Below are positions 43,116 to 51,447 of a DNA stretch of 64,000 bases, one piece after another. The translations under genes were made by a program, and so were the position numbers. Under the pieces are notes generated by a model. It was not told the DNA's origin, did not search any database, and saw nothing but the letters and a program-made list of their open reading frames with translations. The stretch is from positions 16,165 to 80,164 of the forward strand of contig DXEA01000114.1 in the NCBI GenBank assembly GCA_019115225.1. Reading direction: 5' to 3'. Each line of letters begins with the position of its first letter. Position 1 is the first letter of the stretch. The stretch comes from Candidatus Evtepia faecigallinarum (lineage in GTDB: Bacteria; Bacillota; Clostridia; Oscillospirales; Oscillospiraceae).

Positions 43116-44111
43116 TTAAGACTCCCGTTTCTTCACACGCGCCAAGGGATTGGCGTCTACTGCCTGCTTCATGTTGGCATCGGAGATATGGGTATAGATC
43201 TGTGTGGTACCCAAATTCTCATGACCCAGCACATCCTGCAGGGTGCGGATGTCCACGCCATTGTTGAGCATCAGGGTGGCCGCCGTGTGGCGCAGCTTGT
43301 GGGGGGAATACTTGGGGTCCAGGCCGGCCTGGGTGACGGCCTTTTGCACGATATTCTCCACAGACCGGGTGGTCAGCCGGGTGCGGTTCCGGGAGACAAA
43401 GAGGGCGTCCCGGTGCCGGGGCTCGTCCTTGGGGTCCGGGCGGACGGCCAGGTAGGCTTGGATGGCGTCCAGGCAGGCCTGGTTCAGATAGAGCTGCCGC
43501 TCTTTGTTGCCCTTGCCTAACACCCGCACCGTATCCTCCCGGATGTCCTGAATGTTTAAGCCCACCAGTTCGCCCACCCGCAGGCCGCAGTTGAGGAACA
43601 GGGTGAGGATGCAGTAATCCCGGACCTCGTTGGGGCCGGAGACCGCCTCCAGCAGCTGGAGGCTTTCCGCCAGGGAGAGATACCGGGGCAGGCTCTTTCG
43701 CAGCTTGGGGTTGTTCAGGGCCTGGGTGGGGTCGGTATCCAGCTGATGGGCGTGGACGCAGAGGTATTGATAAAAGGAGCGGATGGCGGCACATTTCCGG
43801 GCCCGGGTGGAGGACTCGGCCTTGCCGGCCTTGGCGCCGCCGGTGAGGAAGGTCAGAAAGCCATAGATCTCCGACAGCTGGGTTTTGGCCACAAAGGCCA
43901 GGTCCACATCCAGAATGGAGATCTCCTGAAAGGGCACGTCAGCCAGACCGGGGTCCCGCCGCAGTTTCAGATAGCGGAAAAAGGCCCGCAGGTCCAGAAA
44001 GTATTCATCCACGGTCTTGGCCGAGTGGGACAGGATGGACTCATGGTAATTGAGGAATTCCTGTAAAATGGGGGGCGCTTCCAGCCAATAGTCTGCCATG
44101 GAAGGGGTCAC
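43116..44111 (-). CDS. Tyrosine recombinase XerC/XerD family, 331 aa
   Basis: ..LFLNCGLRVGELVGL.. (catalytic Arg), ..HKLRHTAAT.., ..LGHENLGTTQIYTH.. (HxxR, catalytic Tyr). Adjacent to spoIIM, as in Bacillus. Confidence 0.85.
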   Translation of the reverse strand: MTPSMADYWLEAPPILQEFLNYHESILSHSAKTVDEYFLDLRAFFRYLKLRRDPGLADVPFQEISILDVDLAFVAKTQLSEIYGFLTFLTGGAKAGKAESSTRARKCAAIRSFYQYLCVHAHQLDTDPTQALNNPKLRKSLPRYLSLAESLQLLEAVSGPNEVRDYCILTLFLNCGLRVGELVGLNIQDIREDTVRVLGKGNKERQLYLNQACLDAIQAYLAVRPDPKDEPRHRDALFVSRNRTRLTTRSVENIVQKAVTQAGLDPKYSPHKLRHTAATLMLNNGVDIRTLQDVLGHENLGTTQIYTHISDANMKQAVDANPLARVKKRES

Positions 44112-44166
44112 CTCGCTTTTCTATGGTCCCAACTTCGCAAAATCTACATTATGCGAAGTTAGCTGC

Positions 44167-44196
44167 AAAAAAAGGGCACTCCCCTCAGGGAGTGCT
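44167..44196 (-). terminator. Intrinsic terminator after spoIIM
   Basis: Minus strand gcactccc tgag gggagtgc cc ttttttt. Confidence 0.65.
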
Positions 44197-44241
44197 TTTC
44201 ATTATACCTGCTCTGTCTGGAAAAGGCAAGCAGAAATCCCC

Positions 44242-44820
44242 CTATCCCTCTGCCATGGCTTTCAGCAGGAAATGCAGCAGTCTGGGCACCACCGCCCGGT
44301 CCAGGCACACGCACAGGACCAGTGCCGGCAGGCAGAGCACGGCAAAGCGGATGGGTCTTTTCCTGCCCGTTCCCAGCAGCTCCGCCGTACCCAGCACGAA
44401 GAAGGCCGGCACCGCAAGCAGACAGGTGGGCCCAAAGACGATGCCCGCCCACAGCAGCCCCGTGGCGCCTGGGCCCTCCATCAGGGCGACGATCCCATAG
44501 GAAAGGAAAAATCCCCGAAAGAAAAACAGCACCGGCACCGTCAGCCCGGCCAGCGGCAGAAAACCCAGAACCATCACCGCCGCCGGCCAGCGGAACACCG
44601 TCCACAGCTCCCGCCAGACAGACGGGGCCACGGCGCTCTGGGTACTCTGGGCCAGGAAGTCACTGATGTATGTACCGGCAGACAGTTTCCCCTCCAGCAG
44701 GCACCCCAGGATGCCGCCGATGAGAAAGGCCACCGACAGGATCATCAGCACCGTGTCCCGGTTCTTCTGCTCCTGTTTCTGCAGCTCCTTCTTGCTTCCC
44801 TTTTTGGTCGCCAGCTTCAT
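44242..44820 (-). CDS. spoIIM: Stage II sporulation protein M, 192 aa
   Basis: Size, five hydrophobic segments and SpoIIM-like sequence (..FRWPAAVMVLGFLPLAGLTVPVLFFFRGFFLSYG..). Confidence 0.7.
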   Translation of the reverse strand: MKLATKKGSKKELQKQEQKNRDTVLMILSVAFLIGGILGCLLEGKLSAGTYISDFLAQSTQSAVAPSVWRELWTVFRWPAAVMVLGFLPLAGLTVPVLFFFRGFFLSYGIVALMEGPGATGLLWAGIVFGPTCLLAVPAFFVLGTAELLGTGRKRPIRFAVLCLPALVLCVCLDRAVVPRLLHFLLKAMAEG

Positions 44821-44823
44821 GGC

Positions 44824-45243
44824 TCACCGCTTCTTTTTCTTGCGCTTACTCTTTCGCCCCAGCAGCCCGGCCAGACAGCCGCCGGCCAGCGTCATGAGCA
44901 GCAGGCTCACAAAGGGCCCGTGGAAGCCGCCGGTCCCCGCAGTGCCCCAGCACACGGAGAGCAGGACCAGGCACAGCAGGCCTCCGGTTCCCCCGCCCAC
45001 CAGCATGGGCGGGCCGCCGCTCCCCTTCTGAATGGCCACCCGGCCGGCGGCAAAGGGACAGAGAAAGGCCGCGGCTGTCAGCATCAGGTTGGTCACCGTC
45101 TCCGGCACCAGCCCGCCCCACACCAGGGCCGCCGCCACCAGGGCCAGCAGCAGAAGAAGCACCAGCCCCAAGGCCGTCCCAAAGAGGACCGAGAGAAGCG
45201 CGGCGGTGGACGATGTCTTTTTCTGCTCCTCTTTTCTTTCCAT
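44824..45243 (-). CDS. Small integral membrane protein with a polybasic C-terminus (possibly TIGR04086/YrzE-like), 139 aa
   Basis: Four hydrophobic, Gly-rich segments; the tail is ..GRKSKRKKKKR. Confidence 0.5.
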   Translation of the reverse strand: MERKEEQKKTSSTAALLSVLFGTALGLVLLLLLALVAAALVWGGLVPETVTNLMLTAAAFLCPFAAGRVAIQKGSGGPPMLVGGGTGGLLCLVLLSVCWGTAGTGGFHGPFVSLLLMTLAGGCLAGLLGRKSKRKKKKR

Positions 45244-45312
45244 AAAAAATCCCTCCCCGAAGAGAATCTCTGATGGATTCTATGTGGGGAGGGCGTTTTC
45301 TATGCCGTTGTA

Positions 45313-45588
45313 TTACTGCTGTGCCTGGTCGGAGACCCCTCTGTTCATGATGGCCCAGGTGGCGTACTCCAGACGGACACGGTCGGCGCCGGTCTCGATG
45401 ACCACGGTCTTTTCCTTCACGGCGCAGATGTTGCCGATCATGCCGTCGATCATGGTCACGGGGTCACCGGGGGCTAACGCCCGCTTCATGGCTTCCTGTT
45501 CCTTTTTGCGCTGCTTCTCCGGACGCATTTTCAAGAAGTAGAAAATGGCGATATAGAACACAATGAGGACAATAATCAGAATTTCCAA
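45313..45588 (-). CDS. yajC: Preprotein translocase subunit YajC, 91 aa
   Basis: TTG start 7 nt after ggaggg. One TM segment followed by ..RPEKQRKKEQEAMKRALAPGDPVTMIDGMIGNI.. Confidence 0.85.
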   Translation of the reverse strand: MEILIIVLIVFYIAIFYFLKMRPEKQRKKEQEAMKRALAPGDPVTMIDGMIGNICAVKEKTVVIETGADRVRLEYATWAIMNRGVSDQAQQ

Positions 45589-45624
45589 AGTGATTCCCTC
45601 CGCTGTAAAAATAACTTTCTCCTA

Positions 45625-45653
45625 ATTATAAAAGAGATTTTAAGATTTGACAA
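45625..45653 (-). promoter_or_regulatory. Sigma-70-type promoter upstream of yajC
   Basis: Minus strand TTGTCA (45653-45648) - 17 nt - TATAAT (45630-45625). Confidence 0.55.
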
Positions 45654-45679
45654 GCCCTTTTTTGCTCAGACGTCAGTTT

Positions 45680-46810
45680 TTATAGTTTGGCGGCCAGCTT
45701 CTGGCGGTACTCCTGGTAAAAGGACTGGAATTCCCCCTGGTCCAGGGCCTGACGGATCTTGGCCATCAGGTCATTGTAGAAGTACAGGTTGTGCATCACC
45801 GCCAGGCGCATGGCCAGCATCTCCCCTGCCACAAACAGGTGGCGCAGGTAGCCCCGGGAGAAGGTTTGGCAGACCGGGCAGCTGCACGCGGGATCAATGG
45901 GCCGGTCGTCGTTTTTGTACTTTTCATTCTTGATGTTCAGCGCCCCCGCCCAGGTATACAGCTTTCCGTGGCGGGCGTTGCGGGCGGGCAGGACACAGTC
46001 GAACATGTCGATGCCCCGGGCCACGCTTTCCAGGATATTCACCGGCGTGCCCACCCCCATGAGATAGCGGGGCTTATGGGCGGGCATGTGGGGCTCCACC
46101 ACGTCGATGATCTCATACATGGTCTCCGTGGGCTCCCCCACTGCCAGGCCGCCGATGGCGTAGCCGTCACAGTCCAGGGCGGCGATCTGGTCCATGTGCC
46201 ACACCCGCAGGTCCGGCACCACGCCCCCTTGGTTGATGCCGAAGAGCATCTGCTGGGGATTGACCGCATCGGGCAGGCTGTTGAGCCGGTCGTGCTCCTG
46301 CTTGCACCGGGCCAGCCAGCGCAGGGTGCGCTCGCAGGACTGCTTGACATAGTCGTAGGGGGCGGGGTTCTCCACGCACTCATCAAAGGCCATGGCGATG
46401 TCCGAGCCTAAGTTGGCCTGGATCTGCATGCTCTCCTCCGGCCCCATAAAAATCTTCCGGCCGTCAATGTGGGAGGCAAAGGTCACCCCTTCCTCCTTGA
46501 TCTTGCGCCTGCTGGCCAGGGAAAAGACCTGAAACCCGCCGCTGTCGGTGAGGATGGGGCCATCCCAGCGCATAAACCTGTGCAGGCCCCCCATTTCTTT
46601 TATGAGCTTGTCCCCCGGCCGCAGGTGGAGGTGATAGGTATTGGACAGCTCGATCTGGCAGCCGATCTCTTTCAGGTCCAGGGCGGACAGGGCGCCCTTG
46701 ATGGCCCCCTGGGTCCCCACGTTCATGAATACCGGGGTCTGGGCCGTACCGTGGGCGCAGGTGAGGGTACCGCGCCGGGCGCGGCCTTCTGTCTTTAAGA
46801 GGGTAAACAA
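45680..46810 (-). CDS. tgt: Queuine tRNA-ribosyltransferase, 376 aa
   Basis: TTG start 7 nt after ggagg. (M)FTLLKTEGRARRGTL..TPVFMNVGT.., ..ILTDSGGFQVFSL.., Zn site ..CSCPVC... Confidence 0.9.
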   Translation of the reverse strand: MFTLLKTEGRARRGTLTCAHGTAQTPVFMNVGTQGAIKGALSALDLKEIGCQIELSNTYHLHLRPGDKLIKEMGGLHRFMRWDGPILTDSGGFQVFSLASRRKIKEEGVTFASHIDGRKIFMGPEESMQIQANLGSDIAMAFDECVENPAPYDYVKQSCERTLRWLARCKQEHDRLNSLPDAVNPQQMLFGINQGGVVPDLRVWHMDQIAALDCDGYAIGGLAVGEPTETMYEIIDVVEPHMPAHKPRYLMGVGTPVNILESVARGIDMFDCVLPARNARHGKLYTWAGALNIKNEKYKNDDRPIDPACSCPVCQTFSRGYLRHLFVAGEMLAMRLAVMHNLYFYNDLMAKIRQALDQGEFQSFYQEYRQKLAAKL

Positions 46811-46823
46811 TGGAACACCTCCG

Positions 46824-47849
46824 TCAATAGATGAACATGGCGTCGCCAAAGGAGAAGAAGCGGTATTTTTCCCGCACCGCCTCCTCATAGGCCGCCAGCA
46901 CATGCTCCCGCCCGGCCAGGGCGGAGACCAGCATGATGAGGGTGGACTCTGGCAGGTGGAAGTTGGTCACCAGCCCGTCCAGGACCTTGAAGCGGTAGCC
47001 GGGATAGATAAAGATGTTGGTCCACCCGGCGGCCTCCTGCATGGTGCCGTCCTCCCCTGCCCAGCTCTCGATGGTCCGGCAGGAGGTGGTGCCCACGCAG
47101 ATCACCCGGCCCCCCGCCGCCTTGGTGCGGTTGATGGTCTGGGCGGTCTCGGCAGAGATGATGCAGTATTCGCTGTGCATCTGGTGGTCGGTGATCTCCT
47201 CCGCCTTCACCGGGCGGAAGGTCCCCAGGCCCACATGGAGGGTCACATAGCAGATGGCGACCCCCATGGCCCGGATCTCCTCCAACAGCTCCGGGGTGAA
47301 GTGCAGGCCGGCGGTGGGGGCAGCGGCGGAACCCACCTCTCTGGAGTACACCGTCTGATAGCGCTCAGCGTCCTGAAGCTCCTCCTTGATGTAGGGGGGC
47401 AGGGGCATTTTGCCCAACCGCTCCAACTGCTCCAGAAAGATCCCCTCATAGGAAAAGCGGATGAGCCGGTTGCCATTGTCCAGCACCTGGGTGATCTCCC
47501 CTGTCAGCTCCCCCTCCCCGAAGGAGATTTTGGCCCCCTCCCGCAGCTTCTTGCCGGGGCGGACCAGGCACTCCCAGGTATTCTCCCCCCGGTCGATGAG
47601 CAGGACCACCTCGCAGGCCCCGCCGGTGGGCACCCGGTGGCCGATGAGGCGGGCGGGCAGGACCCGGGAGTCGTTGAGGACCAGGCAGTCCCCCGGCCGC
47701 AGGAAGGAGGGCAGGTCGTAGAAATGGCAGTGGCCGGTCTCCCCTGTCTCCTTGTTCAGGGTGAGCAGCCGGGAGGCATCCCGCTGGGGAATGGGGGTCT
47801 GGGCGATGAGCTCCGGGGGCAGGTCGTAGTAAAAATCGTGTGTCTTAAT
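46824..47849 (-). CDS. queA: S-adenosylmethionine:tRNA ribosyltransferase-isomerase, 341 aa, apparently starting at ATT
   Basis: The ORF track reports only residues from an internal GTG (47633). Manual upstream translation gives (I)[36 protein letters not shown]...[16 protein letters not shown], the conserved QueA N-terminus. There is no ATG/GTG/TTG between the in-frame stop (47886-47888) and this sequence. ATT at 47849-47847 lies 9 nt after aaagga. Confidence 0.8.
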   Translation of the reverse strand: MKTHDFYYDLPPELIAQTPIPQRDASRLLTLNKETGETGHCHFYDLPSFLRPGDCLVLNDSRVLPARLIGHRVPTGGACEVVLLIDRGENTWECLVRPGKKLREGAKISFGEGELTGEITQVLDNGNRLIRFSYEGIFLEQLERLGKMPLPPYIKEELQDAERYQTVYSREVGSAAAPTAGLHFTPELLEEIRAMGVAICYVTLHVGLGTFRPVKAEEITDHQMHSEYCIISAETAQTINRTKAAGGRVICVGTTSCRTIESWAGEDGTMQEAAGWTNIFIYPGYRFKVLDGLVTNFHLPESTLIMLVSALAGREHVLAAYEEAVREKYRFFSFGDAMFIY

Positions 47850-48069
47850 AGTGATCCATCCTTTATCCTGTAAAGTAGTTCCCCTTTATCTGTTCTCTTG
47901 TCCAACACTTTTCCGCAAGATTCGGCAGTATCCTTTTGGGCGTCTCAGCAGACCGGGCAAAGTATTTTCCCCTGCCCAGTGGCAGCGCCCCCCGGTGGGA
48001 CATAGGATAAGGTCAGACCGGCGGACGCCCCGCCCCGGCTTTTTTCTCCGGAGGGATGGGCTTTTATCA

Positions 48070-48098
48070 TTGACAGACAAAGTGATCTGTGCTATCTT
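48070..48098 (+). promoter_or_regulatory. Sigma-70-type promoter upstream of asd (leader about 155 nt)
   Basis: TTGACA (48070-48075) - 17 nt - TATCTT (48093-48098). Confidence 0.45.
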
Positions 48099-48259
48099 TA
48101 TCAAGTGAACATTTGTCCCCTTCCCAAACACAGGCAGCGGCAGGGCAGACAAAATTCAACTTATTATAGTACACATGCCACCGGCTTTTCAACTCTTTTT
48201 TCCGGTGTTGGGGGAAGAGCTTGGTTTGGCAATTTCACAACGATCAGGAGGTCCTTCTC

Positions 48260-49345
48260 ATGAAAAAGTATGCTGTGGGTGTGGTGGGTGCCACCGGAAT
48301 GGTGGGCCAGCGGTTTGTGACCCTGTTGGAAAACCATCCCTGGTTCCAGCTGACCGTGGTGGCGGCCAGTGCCCGCTCCGCCGGGAAAACCTATGAAGAG
48401 GCCGTGGGCCCCCGCTGGGCCATGCCCACCCCCATGCCCCAGGAGGCCAAGTCCCTGGTGGTCCTGGATGCCCAGGGCGACATGGAGAAGGTGGCAGCTG
48501 CCGTGGACTTCATCTTCTGCGCCGTAGACATGAAAAAGGAGGACATCCGGGCCCTGGAAGAGGCCTATGCCAAGCTGGACTGCCCCGTCATCTCCAACAA
48601 CAGCGCCCACCGCTGGACCCCCGACGTGCCCATGGTCATCCCCGAGGTCAACCCCGAGCACCTGAAGGTTATCCCCGCCCAGCAGGCCCGCCTGGGCACC
48701 AAGCGGGGCTTCATCGCCGTCAAGTCCAACTGCTCCATCCAGTCCTACGCCCCCGCCCTGCACCCCCTGCGGGCCTTTGGCATCAAAGAGGTCCTGGTGT
48801 GTACCTACCAGGCTATCTCCGGAGCGGGCAAGACCTTTGCCACCTGGCCGGAGATGGTGGACAACGTAATCCCCTACATCGGCGGCGAGGAGGAGAAGTC
48901 GGAGAAGGAACCCTTAAAGGTCTGGGGCACCGTGGAAAACGGCCAGATCGTGACGGCCTCCTCCCCCTCCATCACCGCCCAGTGCCTGCGGGTCCCCGTC
49001 TCCGACGGCCACACCGCCGCGGTCTTTGTCTCCTTTGAAAAAAAGCCCACCGAGGAGGAGATCAAGACCCTGTGGAAGAACTTCCAGGGCCGGGCCCAGG
49101 AGCTGGAGCTGCCCAGCGCCCCCAAGCAGTTCCTCCACTACTTTGAGGAAAACGACCGGCCCCAGCCCAAGCTGGACCGGGACCTGGAGGGCGGCATGGC
49201 CGTCACCCTGGGCCGTCTGCGGCCCGACACTCAGTACGACTACAAGTTCGTGGGCCTGTCCCACAACACCCTGCGCGGCGCGGCCGGCGGCGGCGTTCTG
49301 CTGGCTGAGCTGCTGTGCGCGGAGGGGTATATCCTCCCCCGCTAA
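48260..49345 (+). CDS. asd: Aspartate-semialdehyde dehydrogenase, 361 aa
   Basis: MKKYAVGVVGATGMVGQRF.., active-site ..SNCSIQ.., ..YQAISGAG.. RBS aggagg. Confidence 0.9.
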   Translation: MKKYAVGVVGATGMVGQRFVTLLENHPWFQLTVVAASARSAGKTYEEAVGPRWAMPTPMPQEAKSLVVLDAQGDMEKVAAAVDFIFCAVDMKKEDIRALEEAYAKLDCPVISNNSAHRWTPDVPMVIPEVNPEHLKVIPAQQARLGTKRGFIAVKSNCSIQSYAPALHPLRAFGIKEVLVCTYQAISGAGKTFATWPEMVDNVIPYIGGEEEKSEKEPLKVWGTVENGQIVTASSPSITAQCLRVPVSDGHTAAVFVSFEKKPTEEEIKTLWKNFQGRAQELELPSAPKQFLHYFEENDRPQPKLDRDLEGGMAVTLGRLRPDTQYDYKFVGLSHNTLRGAAGGGVLLAELLCAEGYILPR

Positions 49346-49364
49346 CGTCCTAAAAAATACGGAC

Positions 49365-49420
49365 GCAGCCCGGATGGGATTCTGTACAAAAGAGTCAGGA
49401 TCTCATCCGGGCTGTTTTTT
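49365..49420 (+). terminator. Intrinsic terminator/attenuator between asd and dapA
   Basis: gcagcccggatgggat ... gatctcatccgggctg tttttt; the dapA RBS follows about 15 nt later. Confidence 0.6.
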
Positions 49421-49444
49421 CGTCCAATCGGGAAAGGAGTTTTT

Positions 49445-50332
49445 ATGAAAACACCTGTCTTTACCGGCACCTGCACCGCCCTCATCACCCCCTTCCAGTC
49501 CTCCGGGAGCATCGACTACGCCGCCTTTGACCGGCAGATCGACCGCCAGCTGGAGTCCGGCGTGGACGCCCTGTGCGTCTGCGGCACCACCGGCGAGAGC
49601 TCTGCCCTCACCGTCCAGGAGCACGTGCGCCTGGTGGACCACTGCGTCTCCCATGTGGCCGGGCGGTGCAAGGTGGTGGCGGGCTCCGGCAGCAACGACA
49701 CCGCCGCCGCCCTCTACCTGTGCCAGAAGGCCCAGGACGCCGGGGCGGACGCCCTGCTGCTGGTGACCCCCTATTACAACAAGACCACCCAGACCGGCCT
49801 CATCCACCACTATGAGTACTTAGCCGATCAGCTGGACCTGCCCATCATCCTCTACAACGTCCCCTCCCGCACGGGCCTCTCCTTCACCGCCGAGACCTAC
49901 CGCATTCTCAGTCAGCACCCCCGCATCAACGGCACCAAGGAGGCCTCTGGGAACTTCTCCCTCCTGGCCGAGACCATGGCCTTCTGCGGCGATGAGCTCA
50001 ACGTCTGGTCGGGCAACGACGACCAGACCCTCCCCATGCTGGCCCTGGGGGCCAAGGGGCTCATCTCCGTGGTCTCCAACCTGGTGCCGGAGCCCATGGC
50101 CGAGCTCACCCACAGCTACTTCCGGGGAGAGACAGAGCAGGCCAGAGAGCTCCAGCTCTCCTACCTGCCCCTGATGAATGTCCTCTTCTCCCAGGTCAAC
50201 CCCATCCCCATCAAGGCCGCCATGGCCGCCCTGGGGCTGGACAGCGGCATCCTCCGCCAGCCTCTCTGGACCATGGACCCCATTCCCCGAAAAGCACTCT
50301 TGGATACCCTGAGCGCCTTTGAGCTGCTCTGA
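49445..50332 (+). CDS. dapA: 4-hydroxy-tetrahydrodipicolinate synthase, 295 aa
   Basis: ..GTCTALITPF.., ..VCGTTGES.., ..VTPYYNK.., ..ILYNVPSRTG.., ..GTKEASG.. Confidence 0.9.
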   Translation: MKTPVFTGTCTALITPFQSSGSIDYAAFDRQIDRQLESGVDALCVCGTTGESSALTVQEHVRLVDHCVSHVAGRCKVVAGSGSNDTAAALYLCQKAQDAGADALLLVTPYYNKTTQTGLIHHYEYLADQLDLPIILYNVPSRTGLSFTAETYRILSQHPRINGTKEASGNFSLLAETMAFCGDELNVWSGNDDQTLPMLALGAKGLISVVSNLVPEPMAELTHSYFRGETEQARELQLSYLPLMNVLFSQVNPIPIKAAMAALGLDSGILRQPLWTMDPIPRKALLDTLSAFELL

Positions 50333-50334
50333 GG

Positions 50335-50385
50335 GAAAAACAAGGCGCGGGACAGAATTTCTCTCTCCCGCGCCTTGTTCTCTTG
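50335..50385. terminator. Bidirectional intrinsic terminator between convergent dapA and the flavoprotein gene
   Basis: aaaaacaaggcgcggga ... tcccgcgccttgttctc, a 14-bp perfect stem. Confidence 0.7.
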
Positions 50386-50388
50386 CCG

Positions 50389-51447
50389 TCAGGATTTCTG
50401 CTGCATCACTGCAACCAGGTTGTCTGCAAATTGCGTCAGCCGCTCCCCGATCCCCGGCATGGTTTTTGCCGAGCCCGGGTCATTGGCCGTCTGCATCAGG
50501 CAGAACCGGGGGGGCAGCATGGCGGTCTTGTTAAAGCACATGGCCCCCAGCAGCTGCTGGGCCACCAGATCACTGCCCGAATACCCCGAGACCACGATGC
50601 CGAAGAGGTATTTGTCAAACAGGTCCCGCTGGGTAAGCAGGCTGGTCAGGCGGTTGAAGAGGGCCATGATGTTGGCGGAAACGGCGTCGTTGTAGTTGGG
50701 GCAGAGGAAAAGCATGCCATCGCAGGCTTCGATGGAAGGCAGCACATCCTCATTGATGACACCACCGTAAAAGCAGGTATGCTGCTGGGCGAAGTGCAGA
50801 CAGGCCGTATAGGAACACCCCCGGCAGTCCTGGATGGTGCCGTTTTGCAGGCAGAGTTCGTCGCAGGAGAAGTGTGCCGGCAGGCGCTTGAGGACCTCTC
50901 GCCCCATCCAAACGGTGTTGGAGCGGCTGTTATCCGAGGCGTGGATCATCAGCAGCCTGGGCCGCTCAAAAGCCGGAGGGGCAAAGGTGAACACCCGCTG
51001 GGCCAGTTCCCGGATGCGGTGGGCATACGTCTCCTCCCAGGTCAGGCCCAGGTTTTTCGCCAGAATATGCTGGTTATACAGGGACCCCGTCCCTTCCACC
51101 AGCGGTTTCCCGGGGAAAAGACATCCGGCCAGGTTTGCGGCCAGCACCAGCGTTCGGCCAGCACATTTGGTATACAGCTCGCTCTGCCCATCCACGACCA
51201 CACCGGCTATCGCACCATCCAGGCTGTTGGTGTGCTGCCGGAACCAGCGCACCATGGCATAGAACGCCGGGGAAGGGCCAAACTCATCGGTACCGATCAA
51301 AAAGAGGATGCGGCGGCCGGCGAGAGCGTTTTGGGAAAATTCTTCCGGTGTGAGGGTTTCTGTGGGGATGCCCTCCAGGGCTTGTCCCAGCAGAGCGTTC
51401 AGGCGGGGGCTCTCCCCCATCGGGATCAGCGTCAGCGTCTCTTTCAT
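50389..51447 (-). CDS. Two-lobed flavodoxin-fold protein; the C-terminal half is NADPH-dependent FMN reductase / iron-sulfur flavoprotein-like, 352 aa
   Basis: C-terminal half: ..PRLLMIHASDNSRSNT.., ..CRGCSYTAC.., ..DGMLFLCPNYNDAVSANIMALFNRL.. N-terminal half: ..RRILFLIGTDEFG..AGVVVDGQSE.. The start at 51447 forms an ATGA overlap with the upstream gene. Confidence 0.65.
   Translation of the reverse strand: MKETLTLIPMGESPRLNALLGQALEGIPTETLTPEEFSQNALAGRRILFLIGTDEFGPSPAFYAMVRWFRQHTNSLDGAIAGVVVDGQSELYTKCAGRTLVLAANLAGCLFPGKPLVEGTGSLYNQHILAKNLGLTWEETYAHRIRELAQRVFTFAPPAFERPRLLMIHASDNSRSNTVWMGREVLKRLPAHFSCDELCLQNGTIQDCRGCSYTACLHFAQQHTCFYGGVINEDVLPSIEACDGMLFLCPNYNDAVSANIMALFNRLTSLLTQRDLFDKYLFGIVVSGYSGSDLVAQQLLGAMCFNKTAMLPPRFCLMQTANDPGSAKTMPGIGERLTQFADNLVAVMQQKS

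Noticed and set aside
42707-43520. Short ORFs of 112 aa (minus) and 211 aa (plus) in and around the ligA/xer convergent spacer
   Set aside because: They overlap the ligA 3' end, the terminator or the recombinase gene. There is no RBS and the sequence is low-complexity.
43116-44111. Tyrosine recombinase considered as a marker of an integrated mobile element or prophage
   Set aside because: It has the XerC/D-type catalytic motifs. It sits in the conserved xer-spoIIM-yajC-tgt-queA housekeeping neighbourhood. I saw no flanking direct repeats, tRNA target, phage genes or compositional shift.
47886-48152. 88-aa minus-strand ORF in the queA-asd intergenic region
   Set aside because: It has no RBS, an arginine/glycine-rich composition, and it overlaps the predicted asd promoter. 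I treat it as non-coding (see the intergenic finding).
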